NCBI GenBank assembly: GCA_964016885.1
Contig: OZ024741.1
Coordinates: forward strand, 382,726,001-382,790,000
Origin: Eledone cirrhosa
Taxonomy: Eukaryota
Length of the DNA: 64,000 nucleotides
Direction of reading: 5' to 3'
Both the position numbers and the translations under genes were made by a program. Under the pieces are notes generated by a model. It worked only from the letters and a program-made list of their open reading frames with translations, did not search any database and was not told where the DNA came from. Position 1 is the stretch's first letter, and each line of letters begins with the position of its first letter. Positions 26,904 through 39,065 of this stretch are shown here, piece after piece.

Positions 26904-27199
26904 AAAATCCTGGTGTCTTTATTGACAGTGGATTTGAAAAAACAAAAATATAACAGATATAAAAGTGAGGCTGGAGGATAAAAAAAAGGGGAGGGGATAA
27001 TAAATAAGAATATATAACAATACACACGTACACACACACACGCACACACGCACACGCACTCACATATACACACATATATACGTATATATATACATATATA
27101 CACGCATATATACACATATATATATACACAGGGACACATACACACACATATACATATATATATATATATACATATATATATCCATACATAAACACACCA

Positions 27200-27232
<33 letters not shown>

Positions 27233-28459
27233 GTAATAATTGTTTCTACTTTTGGCACAAGTCCAGCAATTACCAACCAGTACATTACTGGTACTTTATA
27301 TATATAGTAATAATAATACATTTTAAGACTAAAATCCAAGAGGGCTCGATAAGGATAAATATATATCAAATATATAAACCCGTAGAGCAAATATTTATTA
27401 AAATAACAGATTAAAGTTTAAGCAAAAAATCGCTGCTTTCACCCTTAACGGGATCTTCTGAAACTAACAAAGTCAATCTGTGAACGCAGAAGTGAATATT
27501 TCAAAAAAACGTTGCAACCGGAGGAAGACAGGAAGACGATACTTTGGTTCGTGGAAACGTTCCCTGGCAAAGAACGGGAAAAAACGAATATAATACGTCA
27601 TTATTTGGAGCGGTGAAAAACAATTACACGCAAAGACAAAACCACGTTTATGGTATTAAAGAAGTCGTAGACTGATATTCTATTAGGTGGTTCATAGAGA
27701 CGTTCTCTGGCAATGAACGGAAAAAACGAAGAAAATACGTCATATGTGGAGCGGGGCGAACAATTGCACGCAAAGTCAAAACCACGTAAATGGTATAACA
27801 GAAGTCGTAGACAAGAATTCTAACTAGGAAACCGAATGATTCTCGGCTTCAGAGTTAAGAATAGAGTAAATAAAATACAGAGGTAATTGAAATTAAATAA
27901 ATACGTACACGCATCCATAAACGTACATACACAAGCATACACGAAAACACTCGCAATAGGTATACAAATACACGCACGTACACAAATAAAAAAATCCCGC
28001 ACGCACTTACAGAACCCACACAACGCCTGTACCCGCACGGATACGAATGTATACACCAAGTACACATAAAATTATTTATTAAAATATATATATATATATA
28101 TGTGTGTGTGCGTGTATACATATAATTAAATAAACGTATATAAATAAATACGTATATAAAAAGCGCACACACTTACCGACATGTAAATACACATATGTTC
28201 GGAGACAACGTCAACCAAAATACAAAGTACACATATACACACACCCTACATACGTACGAACCCGCATACTCACAGAAACGCAAAACTAACGTATACAAAT
28301 AACTAAAAGCATATGTAACAGAATATATAATATATACGCCACAACATATACAATCAAATATGCGTACGAGAAAGTATACGTATCTTCACAAGACATACAG
28401 GTAATATATACTTACCTATACAAATAACTAATGGTTTAAACATATCATATACTTAGCTA

Positions 28460-29015
28460 CCACATCAAGACGTAAAATATCCGCGTATAGTTCGTACTAT
28501 CCGTTAGGGTATAATGTGGGGCTGTAATACATAAAAGTTGTGAGCAATTTATGTTTACAAGCCGAAATTGCCTCAGATTTTTTGTTTCAGATGTGGTCTT
28601 TGGCGTAGAGTATTTCCAGGGCCTCAGGGGCGCAGAGGTCACATGGTCTTTTATTTCCGTTATACGATCTAGCCCTAGATAGGATCTCCCAGTGTAACTT
28701 ATATTGGGTGTGATTGTCTTTTAGACTCGAGATATAAGCTGAAAGTGACGTCATATTCCTTCTTAAAGGGTAACGAAAAGAATGGGTATGCATGTAATCT
28801 ATAGGTTGTTAACCCTATGTAGGCCCTACGGGGCGTGGGTGTTTCAACCTTACATTTGTAGACAATGTTACTAGAGAGGCATTTCCCGCATAGGGGGCAT
28901 TCAACCCGATTACTACAATTACAGTTAGTACTAACTACAGGGTTGTACGTGTTCCTACGGCTAGGCAGTTTAGCCAAATTTGAAGCTGTGATGTTATGTG
29001 CAAGGTTAGGAGTCG

Positions 29016-29018
<3 letters not shown>
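28460..29018 (-). pseudogene. 3' fragment of Naiad-type PLE (Cys linker plus GIY-YIG endonuclease)
   Basis: NCNCSNRVECPLCGKCLSSNIVYKCKV..AYIGLT..H.HSFR..TSLS.YI..LKD..W.IL..CDLC..E. Begins at a TA run. Confidence 0.85.
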
Positions 29019-29077
<59 letters not shown>

Positions 29078-29429
29078 TATATATACATGCACACACACAC
29101 ACATATATATATATACATGTATATATATATACACACACATACACATACACACATGCATACACACACACATATATATATATACACACATGCATACGTACTC
29201 ACATATAAAAGATACATATGCACAAACACAAATAAGGTTAAATAATCATAGTAGGTCATTACATACAAATAAGCAAATAAAAAATAAGGATTAAGAAAAA
29301 AAATATATATATATTTAAAAATATTATTAAGTTGACAGGATACAAGACGGCAAAATTTAAATAAAAATAAAAATAATAAAAATAATAATAATAAATGACG
29401 TAAAATAAGAAAATTTTTAAAAATGTTCT

Positions 29430-30118
29430 TACTTTACGTCTTTTATATTATTGTTCTGCATCCTCCTGCATTGAACCACCTAGGTACTATGACATAACCT
29501 GTGTATTTGCTGGCATTAGCGTACATCTGTGCGCTTATGTTAGTAGATATATTAAATTATCTATATTTATCTCCAAATCACTGATTTGTCGAGCAAACCT
29601 GCCAAAACCACTTCTAAATGTTTTGGGGGTGTTAGTAGGCGTCTGTCATCTTACCATCCCATTCCTACTGACTAGCCTCTGTGTCACGTGATTGATTCTT
29701 TAGAATCGGCCATATGACCAGTGGCAGTGAGAATTTTCAGTGCCTGGAATCCAGTCCTCGATAGCTGTTCCATTTACCGAATTATTATTATTTTTATATG
29801 AGTCCCCAGTGTCCGCGCATTGCCTGGAGACTTGGCTGAGAATAGATCACCCTGATGACGCAATGAAATTCTCAACAGTTCATTACGTAACTGTCTTTAT
29901 CCCATTGCAGAAACTAATTAGTTGGAGTGAAAATTTAAGTAAGTTAGTTAATTTAAACAATTTTTTTTTTTAAATCTTCTTATTTTACGTCTTCTATATT
30001 ATTGTTCTGCATCATCCTGCATTGAACCACTTAGGTACTATGACATAACCTGTGTATTTGCTGGCATTAGCGTACATCTGTGCGCTTAAGTTAGTAGATA
30101 TATTAAATTATCTATCTA

Positions 30119-30120
<2 letters not shown>
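29430..30120 (+). mobile_element. Retrozyme-like element, ~552 bp period direct repeat
   Basis: 29433-29565 is repeated at 29985-30115. HHR inside. Confidence 0.7.
29847..29930 (+). ncRNA. Type I hammerhead ribozyme
   Basis: UCACC-CUGAUGA-c-GCAAUG..CAUUGC-a-GAAA-CUAAUUAG(palindrome)-UU-GGAGUGA. Confidence 0.75.
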
Positions 30121-30174
<54 letters not shown>

Positions 30175-30630
30175 CACATATATATACATACATACAGACA
30201 AAACATAAAAATAAAGGTAGGGAAGGGGTATTCAAATAGTAGTGCAGACGCCAAATAAAAAATAAAGGTATAACAGTTTATAGCTGATTAAGGGCACTCA
30301 ACAGTTCCTGGAGCAAATAATCAATAACAGTAAGCATTAAAATACTCTGTATGTAATTATGCATATACATACAAAACCATACATACACACACACACAACT
30401 AACTACATACACATATATATACATATACACACATATATATATATACATATATATATATATACGCACACACACATATATATACGCACATGTTTATATATAC
30501 ACACACACACTAATATACAAACATAAGTACAAAGGGTTAAAACACCACATGAATAAAAATACACACACTCACACATATATATATATATACACATTCATAC
30601 ACATACACATATATAAAAAAATGTATACAT

Positions 30631-30695
<65 letters not shown>

Positions 30696-30922
30696 CACTT
30701 AATTACACATATCCACGACAAAATACATACACGTAAATTAATATCTAAAAATCAAAAGGTGTGGGTATGTAAAGGGAAAGATAGAGAGTAGGTGGGAATA
30801 AGGAAAATGAATAGCATAAGAAAAAGTTAAAAAATAAGAGGAGATAAGGGTGAAAGAGAAAATAAGGGTACAGAAAGTGAGTTCAGAGAGTAATAAAAGT
30901 CGTAGTAGATGTAAGGCGTAAA

Positions 30923-31030
30923 GAGCAAAGAAGAAGTTCAGGGTGGTTAAGTTATCGTAGCAAAGAAGAAGTTCAAGGTGGTTAAGTCTTCGTAGCAAAG
31001 AAGATGTTCAAGGTGGTTGAGTCATCGTAG
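30923..31030 (+). repeat. ~35 bp minisatellite x3
   Basis: agcaaagaagaagttca(g/a)ggtggttaagt..tcgt repeated. Confidence 0.8.
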
Positions 31031-31164
31031 GAATATCAATCCAGTTACAGAGCAAGAAACCACTGGTAAATGAAATAATTATCTTATGTTCTTTATTGCA
31101 CAATAAGCTCTATAACTTACATAGAGCACTCTTTTTTCCTGGACTTTTCCGACGGAATTAGTTC

Positions 31165-31217
<53 letters not shown>

Positions 31218-31572
31218 GATAGATAGATAGATAGACAGATAGATAGATAGATAGATAGATAGATATATACGGGTGTGTATGATTGTGTGTAGAAGATTAT
31301 ATTAATAAGAGGAATTCCAACTTTGTCTGATTTCCTCGTTTTATTTACAATCCTTTAAAATTTATAATGGTATTATAATGAAATAGTATGATAGAATATT
31401 AAATTCTATGTGTTAATTGAACAAGTACTTTCATGCTTTCGCAATCTTCAGGTTCATAATATGTGGTGACAGTCAAGTTTGCAATTTTCAGTTGAAAATT
31501 GCAAACTTGACTGTCACCAAACTTGATTGTAAATAAAACGAGTAAATCAGACAAAGTTGGAAATTCCTCTTA

Positions 31573-31626
<54 letters not shown>

Positions 31627-31647
31627 ATTGCCATATGTGAAATCTCT

Positions 31648-31760
31648 AGTATTCTGATGACTTGATCAGAGGTAAACACTATATTTAATGTCGAGTGACG
31701 CAACTTCGAGTGATTAGCGGCCTTTAGACTGAACTGATCAATGAAAAAATTGTTAATACT
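31648..31760 (+). ncRNA. Hammerhead ribozyme with large stem II insertion
   Basis: AGUAUU-CUGAUGA-c-UUGAUCAG-[~60 nt]-CUGAUCAA-u-GAAA-(a/C)AAUUG-UU-AAUACU. The homolog at 25600-25740 (minus) has palindromic CAAUUG. Confidence 0.7.
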
Positions 31761-32199
31761 TGAAATAAAACCCCTTGTTGTACAGCCGACCATGTTATTC
31801 TTCAATCTTTCACTATTATTATTCCAAGTATAACAAGCATACGAATTCTCGCGAACTCGCTACCTAACTATGGAAACATGTTGTTGGGTCAAACAAAGCC
31901 GTACGTTAAAACTATCCATAATACAGAGTACTCACAACCTTCTAACTGGATTACCTATAACGATAACTTGTTATCCCATATATATATATATATGTGTGTG
32001 TGTATATGTTTTGCGAGGTTTTTGATATGAAAGTGTGTGTCGAAACAAATATTGTTATACTTAGGGAGGGTCATATTGTTGTAATAATATTGCCAGAAAT
32101 GCTAACAGAACACACTCACTGGTTGGTTTTCGCTCCTGTAGCTTTTATATCTCCACAGTTATTTCATTCGGTCCCTAATGTTTATATTTGAAAAATACA

Positions 32200-32384
32200 G
32201 GCGTTGGATTGGCAGTATCGGTAGAGGGTCGGACACCATGCTTTGAAGTATAGAGTTACGGCCCTTGCCATTCTGAGTTCAAATCCCGCCGAGGTTAACT
32301 TTACCTTTCAACGCTACGGGGTCGATAAAATAAAGTACCAGTAATGCACTGGGTATTTGCTGGCCTTGTGCCAAACGTAGAAAC

Positions 32385-32390
<6 letters not shown>
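32200..32390 (+). mobile_element. tRNA-derived SINE (same family, full length)
   Basis: A-box tggcagtatcggt, B-box gagttcaaatccc, conserved core and tail. Confidence 0.9.
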
Positions 32391-32434
<44 letters not shown>

Positions 32435-32666
32435 GAAAGGTATAGAAAACATTGTAGCAAAAAGCCAACAGTATTCCATAATATATATGACTCTCGCGTC
32501 AAAATGGGAAAAATAGTTAACGTAAGAATGGGAAAAATAATTCAAACTCAACTCAAAGAGAATCAGGATATAAATTCATCCACATAATTTAGTGAAATCC
32601 AGGGAAAAATCAATAGAGCCTTAACTCATGATAAAATAAAGTTTAAAATACTCATCCCTCAATATC

Positions 32667-32703
<37 letters not shown>

Positions 32704-33000
32704 CGACCAGAAATAGCCGTCGAAACGGCTTGAGCTCTGCCGGCGGGGTCATACGTTTTCCTATTTCCCACTCTACTACCCTAAGTATTGAGTACTCTCG
32801 TGCCTTATGGTTCATCTGGTTCCTTACCACAATTCCTTTGTTATATATATATATATATATATATATTAATAATAATAAATTAGAAGACTAAAATCTAAAG
32901 AGGGCTTGATGAGGATAAATATATATGAAATATATATGAACCCTAGAGCAAATATTTATGAATCTGTTATTTTAATATATATTTATATATATATATATAT

Positions 33001-33128
33001 ATAAACTATTAAAAAAATAATGAATAAACAAAGAAACAGTTCCTTATATTAAAAATTAAAATAATGAAAATTTTTTTTAATATAAGGAACTGTTTCTTTG
33101 TTTATTCATTATTTTTTTAATAGTTTAT
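33001..33128. repeat. ~54 bp perfect inverted repeat at a TA run
   Basis: ataaactattaaaaaaataatgaataaacaaagaaacagttccttatattaaaaa and its reverse complement. Confidence 0.85.
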
Positions 33129-33256
33129 CTTGACTCTGTTTTCCGTTTATTTTTCACCGAAAGTAGTTTTTGAATGCATCTTCTCTTTTCATGATATCCG
33201 GATTACATTGAGTTCTTCATACGGATTGGACACTACCGTAAACTTCTGGTAGATTT

Positions 33257-33289
<33 letters not shown>

Positions 33290-33294
<5 letters not shown>

Positions 33295-34885
33295 AATAAA
33301 GAATTAGAAATAGAAGCCATGAATATCCGTCATCAGTGGTCTACTGGCCACCTTAGATATTTCTTCGAATTACAGACCATATACCTCAAGATAGGGCGAT
33401 ATAATAACTAAATTAAGTTGTTGGGATAAAAAGAGTTTGGTGGAGAAAGAGAGACAGGTAAACGAACACGAATGGTGAGGCAACGTAAAGAAACGAACAA
33501 AATGAGAAAATCAAGTCAATAATTCATTTTGAGCATAAGAACTTACGAATATTGACGAGAAGGCAAAGACTCATCTTGGTCGTGCGGATGTGAGCGAGGA
33601 AAGAATCTCGTACGGTGTGGGACGATGGAGGAAGTGAGAGAGAGGGTGAGTAGCAGAGAGTGGGTGAGTGAATGTGTGAGTAAGAGGCTAGCCGAGAGAG
33701 GGTAACTTTGCAATGAATGAAAGTAAGAGGGAGAAGTAGAGAGAAGTGGGAGAGAGAAAGAGGATAGCAGTAAGGGAAGAGAAACGGACAGGTCACAGCG
33801 AAGGGGCAAGCTGATATGAATGAAAAATGGCGAGCTGTGTGTTGCAAATAGCATATATATAATAAATGAAGAATTAGAAATAGAAACCAGGAACATCCAT
33901 CATCAGTGGTCTACTAGCCATCATAGGTATTTCTGCACATTACAGAACATATACCTCAAGCTAGGGTGAAACAATAACTAAATTAAGTTATTGGGATAAA
34001 AAGAGTTGAGTGGAGAAAGAGAGACAGGTAAACAAACACGAATGGTGAGGCAGAATTATTGACTTGATTTTCTCATGTTTTCCTCTCTTTACGTTGCCTC
34101 ACCATTCATGTTTGTTTACCTGTCTCTCTTTCTCCACCCGACTCTTTTATCCCAATAACTTAATTTAGTTATTGTATCGCCCTTGCTTGAGGTATATGTT
34201 CTGTAATGCGCAGAAATACCTATGATGGCTAGTAGACGCATATTCCTGGCTTCTATTGTTAATACCTTCATTTATTATATATATATCCAATTTGAAACAA
34301 CACAGCTCGCCATTTTTCATTCATATCAGCTTTCCCCTTCGCTGTGACCTGTCTTTTTCTCTTCCCTTACTGCTATCCTCTTTCTCTCTCCTTCTCCCTC
34401 TTACTTTCACTCACCACCTCTGCTAGTCACCCTCTTTCGGCTAGCCTCTTCCTCACACTTTCACTCACTCCCTCTCTGCTACTCACCCTCTCTCTCACTT
34501 CCTCCATCGTCCCACACCGTACGAGATTCTTTCCTCGCTCACATCCGCACGCCCAAGATGTGTTTTTGCCTTCTCGTCAATATTCGCAAGTTCTTATGTT
34601 CAAAATGAATTATTGACTTGATTTTCTCATTTTGTTCGTCTCTTTACGTTGCCTCACCATTCGTGTTTGTTTACCTGTCTCTCTTTCTCCACCCGACTCT
34701 TTTTATCCCAATGACTTAATTTAGTTATTGTATCGCCCCAGCTTGACGTATATGGTCTATAATGCGAAGAAATACCTAGTATGGCTAGTAGACCACTGAT
34801 GGCGGATATTCCTGGCTTCTATTTCTAATTCTTCATTTATTATATATATATCCTATATGCAACAACACAGCTCGTCATTTTTCAT
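33290..34885. mobile_element. Non-coding ~565 bp monomer, 1.4 direct copies followed by 1.5 inverted copies
   Basis: 33295-33482 recurs at 33862-34052. 34053-34885 is the reverse complement of the monomer. TA-flanked. CUGAUGA is present but a full HHR was not resolved. Confidence 0.75.
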
Positions 34886-34900
34886 ATATATATATATATA

Positions 34901-35582
34901 TAATTGAATAAACAAGAGAGATGAACACTAATATAAACATACATGTGTTTGAATCGTAAGGACCAAATTTGCTAGGGTGAAAATATACTAACTACAGCAA
35001 TATGGTTTGTTATCTTTAACTTTAAATATTAAATTAAGAAAAATGAAGAAACATAACAGACCTATATTGGGCAAAACGCCTGTTAACAGCTAGACAGTAT
35101 TGGAGACTGTTTCGCAACATCTTATTAAGTGAAGTTCTCACGTCTCTCTGCTCCTCAGTAGTTGTTGAGAGATTAGTGTCCTGTCATCCAGGCAACTATT
35201 TTTTAGCGGCAGGGAATTTCGAGACAAGCTGGGTTCCGAATGACACGTGCGATATTTCATATCGCACACAATTCATTCTCTAATATTTTTAGAAGTGAAC
35301 GGATCACTAATTTCTCAACAACTACTGAGGAGCAGAGAAACGTGAGAACATCACTTAATAAAATGTTGCGGAACAGTCTCCAATACTGTCTAGTTTTTAC
35401 CAGGCGTTTTTCCCAATATAGGTCTGTTATTTTTCTTAATTTTTCTTAAATTAATATTTAAAGTTAAGGATAACATACCATATTGCTCTAGTTAGTATGT
35501 TTTCACTCCAGCAAATTTGGTCTTTACGATTCGAAAACATGTATGTTTATATTAGTGTTCATCTCTCTTGTTTATTCAATTA
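34901..35582. mobile_element. Head-to-head inverted element with ~280 bp arms
   Basis: 34901-35178 is inverted relative to 35305-35582. Confidence 0.8.
35088..35163 (-). ncRNA. Type I hammerhead ribozyme (mutated copy at 35320-35395, plus)
   Basis: AACUA-CUGAGGA-GCA..UGC-GAAA-CAGU cuccaau ACUG-UC-UAG(C/U)U. Confidence 0.8.
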
Positions 35583-35746
35583 TATTGTACGGCTCGGAAA
35601 AGCTTTTTTCTTAGAGGTATTTAATTGTAAGAGACTACTCTGAGTTCTTAACTCTCTCTCTATATATATATATAAAATAAAGGTTTAGCAAATAGAGAAA
35701 AAGTTTTAAAATAAATTTTAAAAAGTTCGCTATACTTACTATATGT

Positions 35747-35830
35747 ACCTTTACCGCACGGTTTCAAATCCCAAAATAAATGGATAATCCAGGCGGACAC
35801 CCATTGAGAAGGGGATTTTCGTCAGAAGGT
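35747..35830 (-). ncRNA. Type I hammerhead ribozyme
   Basis: ACCUU-CUGACGA-AAAUCCC..GGGAUUU-GAAA-CCG ug CGG-UA-AAGGU. Confidence 0.85.
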
Positions 35831-36199
35831 TCTTCTCGCTCGGAGAATATAAAATTCTCGAGTCCAAATCACAAACTGGCGCCATACAAAACTGTTCCCG
35901 GATGAGAGTGAATGAGGAAGGAAACAATTTTGTTTAGTGCCGTGTGTAAAGACAGAAGGCAAGGGCGGACATGTCAATGTCCTGCCACTAGAAATAGCAG
36001 CGGTTCAAATGGAAACTATCCTTATAAAACCTTATTTATTTTATTATATATATTTCAAGGGTACCAAAATTCTGGTACACCTCGCATCAAATAAAATACA
36101 ATAGTTGTTTTACATATAGTGATAATGACATATTCAAGACTAGACCTTGACGTTTTGAGTTCTGTTTGAATAGTATGAATATATTTATATATATATATA

Positions 36200-36231
<32 letters not shown>

Positions 36232-36234
<3 letters not shown>

Positions 36235-38118
36235 AGGATAATGCACTCTTCAATCTCTTCGGCCACACGTACAAACAAATCTCTGGGCTACCTATGGGCT
36301 CTAGTCTGTCCGGCATACTTGCGATCTCGTACATGGACCACCTGGAACGCAAGGCACTCAATACCTGCCAACCCAACGCCGTCGCCTTCTACTCCAGATA
36401 CGTTGATGACATCCTGATACTTACTTCTTCCCGGGAGATGGCGAATGAAATTCACCAAATCTTCAACGATACTGACCATCACGTCGATTTCACCATCGAA
36501 CACCCAGGAGAAGACGGGTCACTCGCCCTCCTCGAATTTCGTATCAACATCTCGGAAGAAGGAGACATAAACACCACCTTCTACCGCAAAGCAGCGTGCA
36601 AGGACTTATTTGTGCATTATAACTCAGCCCTCCCCAACAACGCTAAGAGAGGCTATGTCCTAAATGAACTGACACGGATCACTAATAGATGCAGCGACCC
36701 GATGGGTGGTCTCACCCATACCACGCAATTCCGTAATCTACTCAGATCTAATGGTTATCCCAAGCGACTGATTAACGGAATTAGAGACCCCAGACTCAAT
36801 AGACAGACACCCACTAGAAACTTAAATAAAAGCAGGTGCTTCTTTAAAATCCCCCACCTGAGTGAATATACCACGAACGCCATCCGCAGGGCCATACGGA
36901 CGGAGGGACTTGACATACATTTGGCCCACACAGGACCTTCGCTGCGAAGATGCCTCTCCAACAAACCCGACGAGTCAGATGGGACGTGTTCCCTCAGCAA
37001 CTGCCCGATACGGGGGGCAGATTGCCTACGCACCTATGTCGTATATAAGATTCAATGCGATAAATGTAACAAGTTTTACATAGGTAGCACCATCCGACCC
37101 CTACATGTTCGTATCAAGGAACATATCAACACCAACGCATCTTCCTTCCGTAAACACATCCTTAAATGCGGAAACCCACACGGTAGACCCTTGGTCACAG
37201 TCCTAGCGACTGAACGCAGCATCGGATCCTTAAGGATAAAGGAAGCACTTGTTATTAAGAACCTCAGACCCCCACTTAACAACCGGGCTGAGAGAAATGA
37301 GCTGACATGGCTAACTTAACCATAGTGACCATTTACAGCCTACGGCCTGCTATCTTCACACACACGCACGTATATGCATACCCATACGCATACACACACA
37401 CACATCTATATTTATACACGCACACATGTTTTTACAACCTACCACCTTTCACACCCTTTGATTTCCAGCTTCTACAGCCCACTATCTTTCACACACAAAC
37501 GCACTCACACATATACACACACAGTTACACACACATGTATACCCATACGCTTACACACACACATCTATATTTATACACGCACACATGTTTTACAACCTAC
37601 CACCTTTCACACCCTTTGATTTCCAGCTTCTACAGCCCACTATCTTTCACACACACACACACTCACACATATACACACTTACACTTATACACACACAGTT
37701 ACACACACATATATATTTACACACACATATCTTACGGCTTTCACACGCTAGCGCACCCTCTTGATTTAACCCATTTGGTCAGTAGGTTTTGCCACAGCCT
37801 ATCACGCGCACACGCATTCTTTCCCTCGTTTAAATTTTAAATAATTTTCTCCCCATAACGGCATTCCTGTCTTAACGACATCACAACTTTCTCCGCTTGG
37901 CCTGTTCCCCCCCCCCCCCCACCCTTTGGAACTTTTCCCCCGTTGATGGGCGTGAGCCCGAAATATTGGGATTAAATCTCCACTACGGTAACCCTTCTAC
38001 CTTTGTTTTGTTTTCATCTTTGTCTCTCTCAATTTTCACTTTCACCTGTTTTTCCTATCTATCTTTCACTTCCTACCTCGAGATTTCCCTCTGCATTGTT
38101 GTGGCTTTCTTAACTACG

Positions 38119-38125
<7 letters not shown>
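36232..38125 (+). mobile_element. 5'-truncated Penelope-like element (Neptune/Nematis-like), inserted in TA
   Basis: Starts directly after a TA run and contains the ORF below. (CA)-rich 3' UTR with an internal duplication. Confidence 0.85.
36294..37319 (+). CDS. PLE reverse transcriptase C-terminal half plus GIY-YIG endonuclease (open 341 aa, N-truncated)
   Basis: MGSSLSGILA..YSRYVDDIL..NGYP..CSLSNCPIRGADC..VVYKIQCDKCNKFYIGSTIRPLHVRIKEH..EALVI..LN. Confidence 0.88.
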   Translation: MGSSLSGILAISYMDHLERKALNTCQPNAVAFYSRYVDDILILTSSREMANEIHQIFNDTDHHVDFTIEHPGEDGSLALLEFRINISEEGDINTTFYRKAACKDLFVHYNSALPNNAKRGYVLNELTRITNRCSDPMGGLTHTTQFRNLLRSNGYPKRLINGIRDPRLNRQTPTRNLNKSRCFFKIPHLSEYTTNAIRRAIRTEGLDIHLAHTGPSLRRCLSNKPDESDGTCSLSNCPIRGADCLRTYVVYKIQCDKCNKFYIGSTIRPLHVRIKEHINTNASSFRKHILKCGNPHGRPLVTVLATERSIGSLRIKEALVIKNLRPPLNNRAERNELTWLT

Positions 38126-38150
<25 letters not shown>

Positions 38151-38432
38151 CCAAAATTAAATTAAGGCTTGTCATGTCTGAGAGACATGCGTCATATCCA
38201 CTCTGCAGAATAAGCTCAAAGATTCCAATGAATAGATCCGACTATTTTATATCAAGTACAAATAGATTGACATATTATATATATATATATATAAAATAAA
38301 CATATGAAACAATCACAAGGAATAATTTGTAAAGTGTGTAAGAACACATATCCAGGTAGATAACTAATTAAAGTTTAACTAGAACTTCAAATATAGATAC
38401 CTTTTAATCACTTTAATATGTTTATTATATAG

Positions 38433-38504
<72 letters not shown>

Positions 38505-39065
38505 AAAGGATAACAAGGACGATCGGTTACTCCTTCATTACATTTATTGGTAGGTGACGCGCGTTTCGCCACTGATCAGCTCAAGGTTAGATCTGTATCG
38601 ATCTTATCCGACTCAATGATTGGCAGCTCGACGGACCCTTTAAAATGCTATAAGAAAATGAAACACATGCTATGTAGTAAAGACAGAAGTTCAAGAGTTT
38701 GACAATATGAGTTGTTTTGATTGGTGGGAGGGATCAAAGGGATGTACTGGCCTGTAGCGTATGTGGGGATGGATGTGATGATAAGATGGTGGTGACGGTC
38801 GCTGACTGGGATGGGCTGTGGTGTGGGGGTAGTGGGCTGTCGGTAGACGGGTTGGCGTGTGTGGGGTGTGGTTGTGGTGTTGTTGTTTATGGTAGTGGTG
38901 TTTGTGGTGGTGTGGTGGATGTGTTGGTGGTGTCGAGTCCATGGGGAGATACATACCTAGACACTATTAGTCTGACAAATACGCTGTATATATATATATA
39001 GATGCGCATATATACTGATATATATAAATACGTACACACTTATATACACATACACAGAAAAAAAA

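Noticed and set aside
32200-32300. tRNA gene suggested by A/B boxes
   Set aside because: No cloverleaf. It is the head of a multi-copy SINE.
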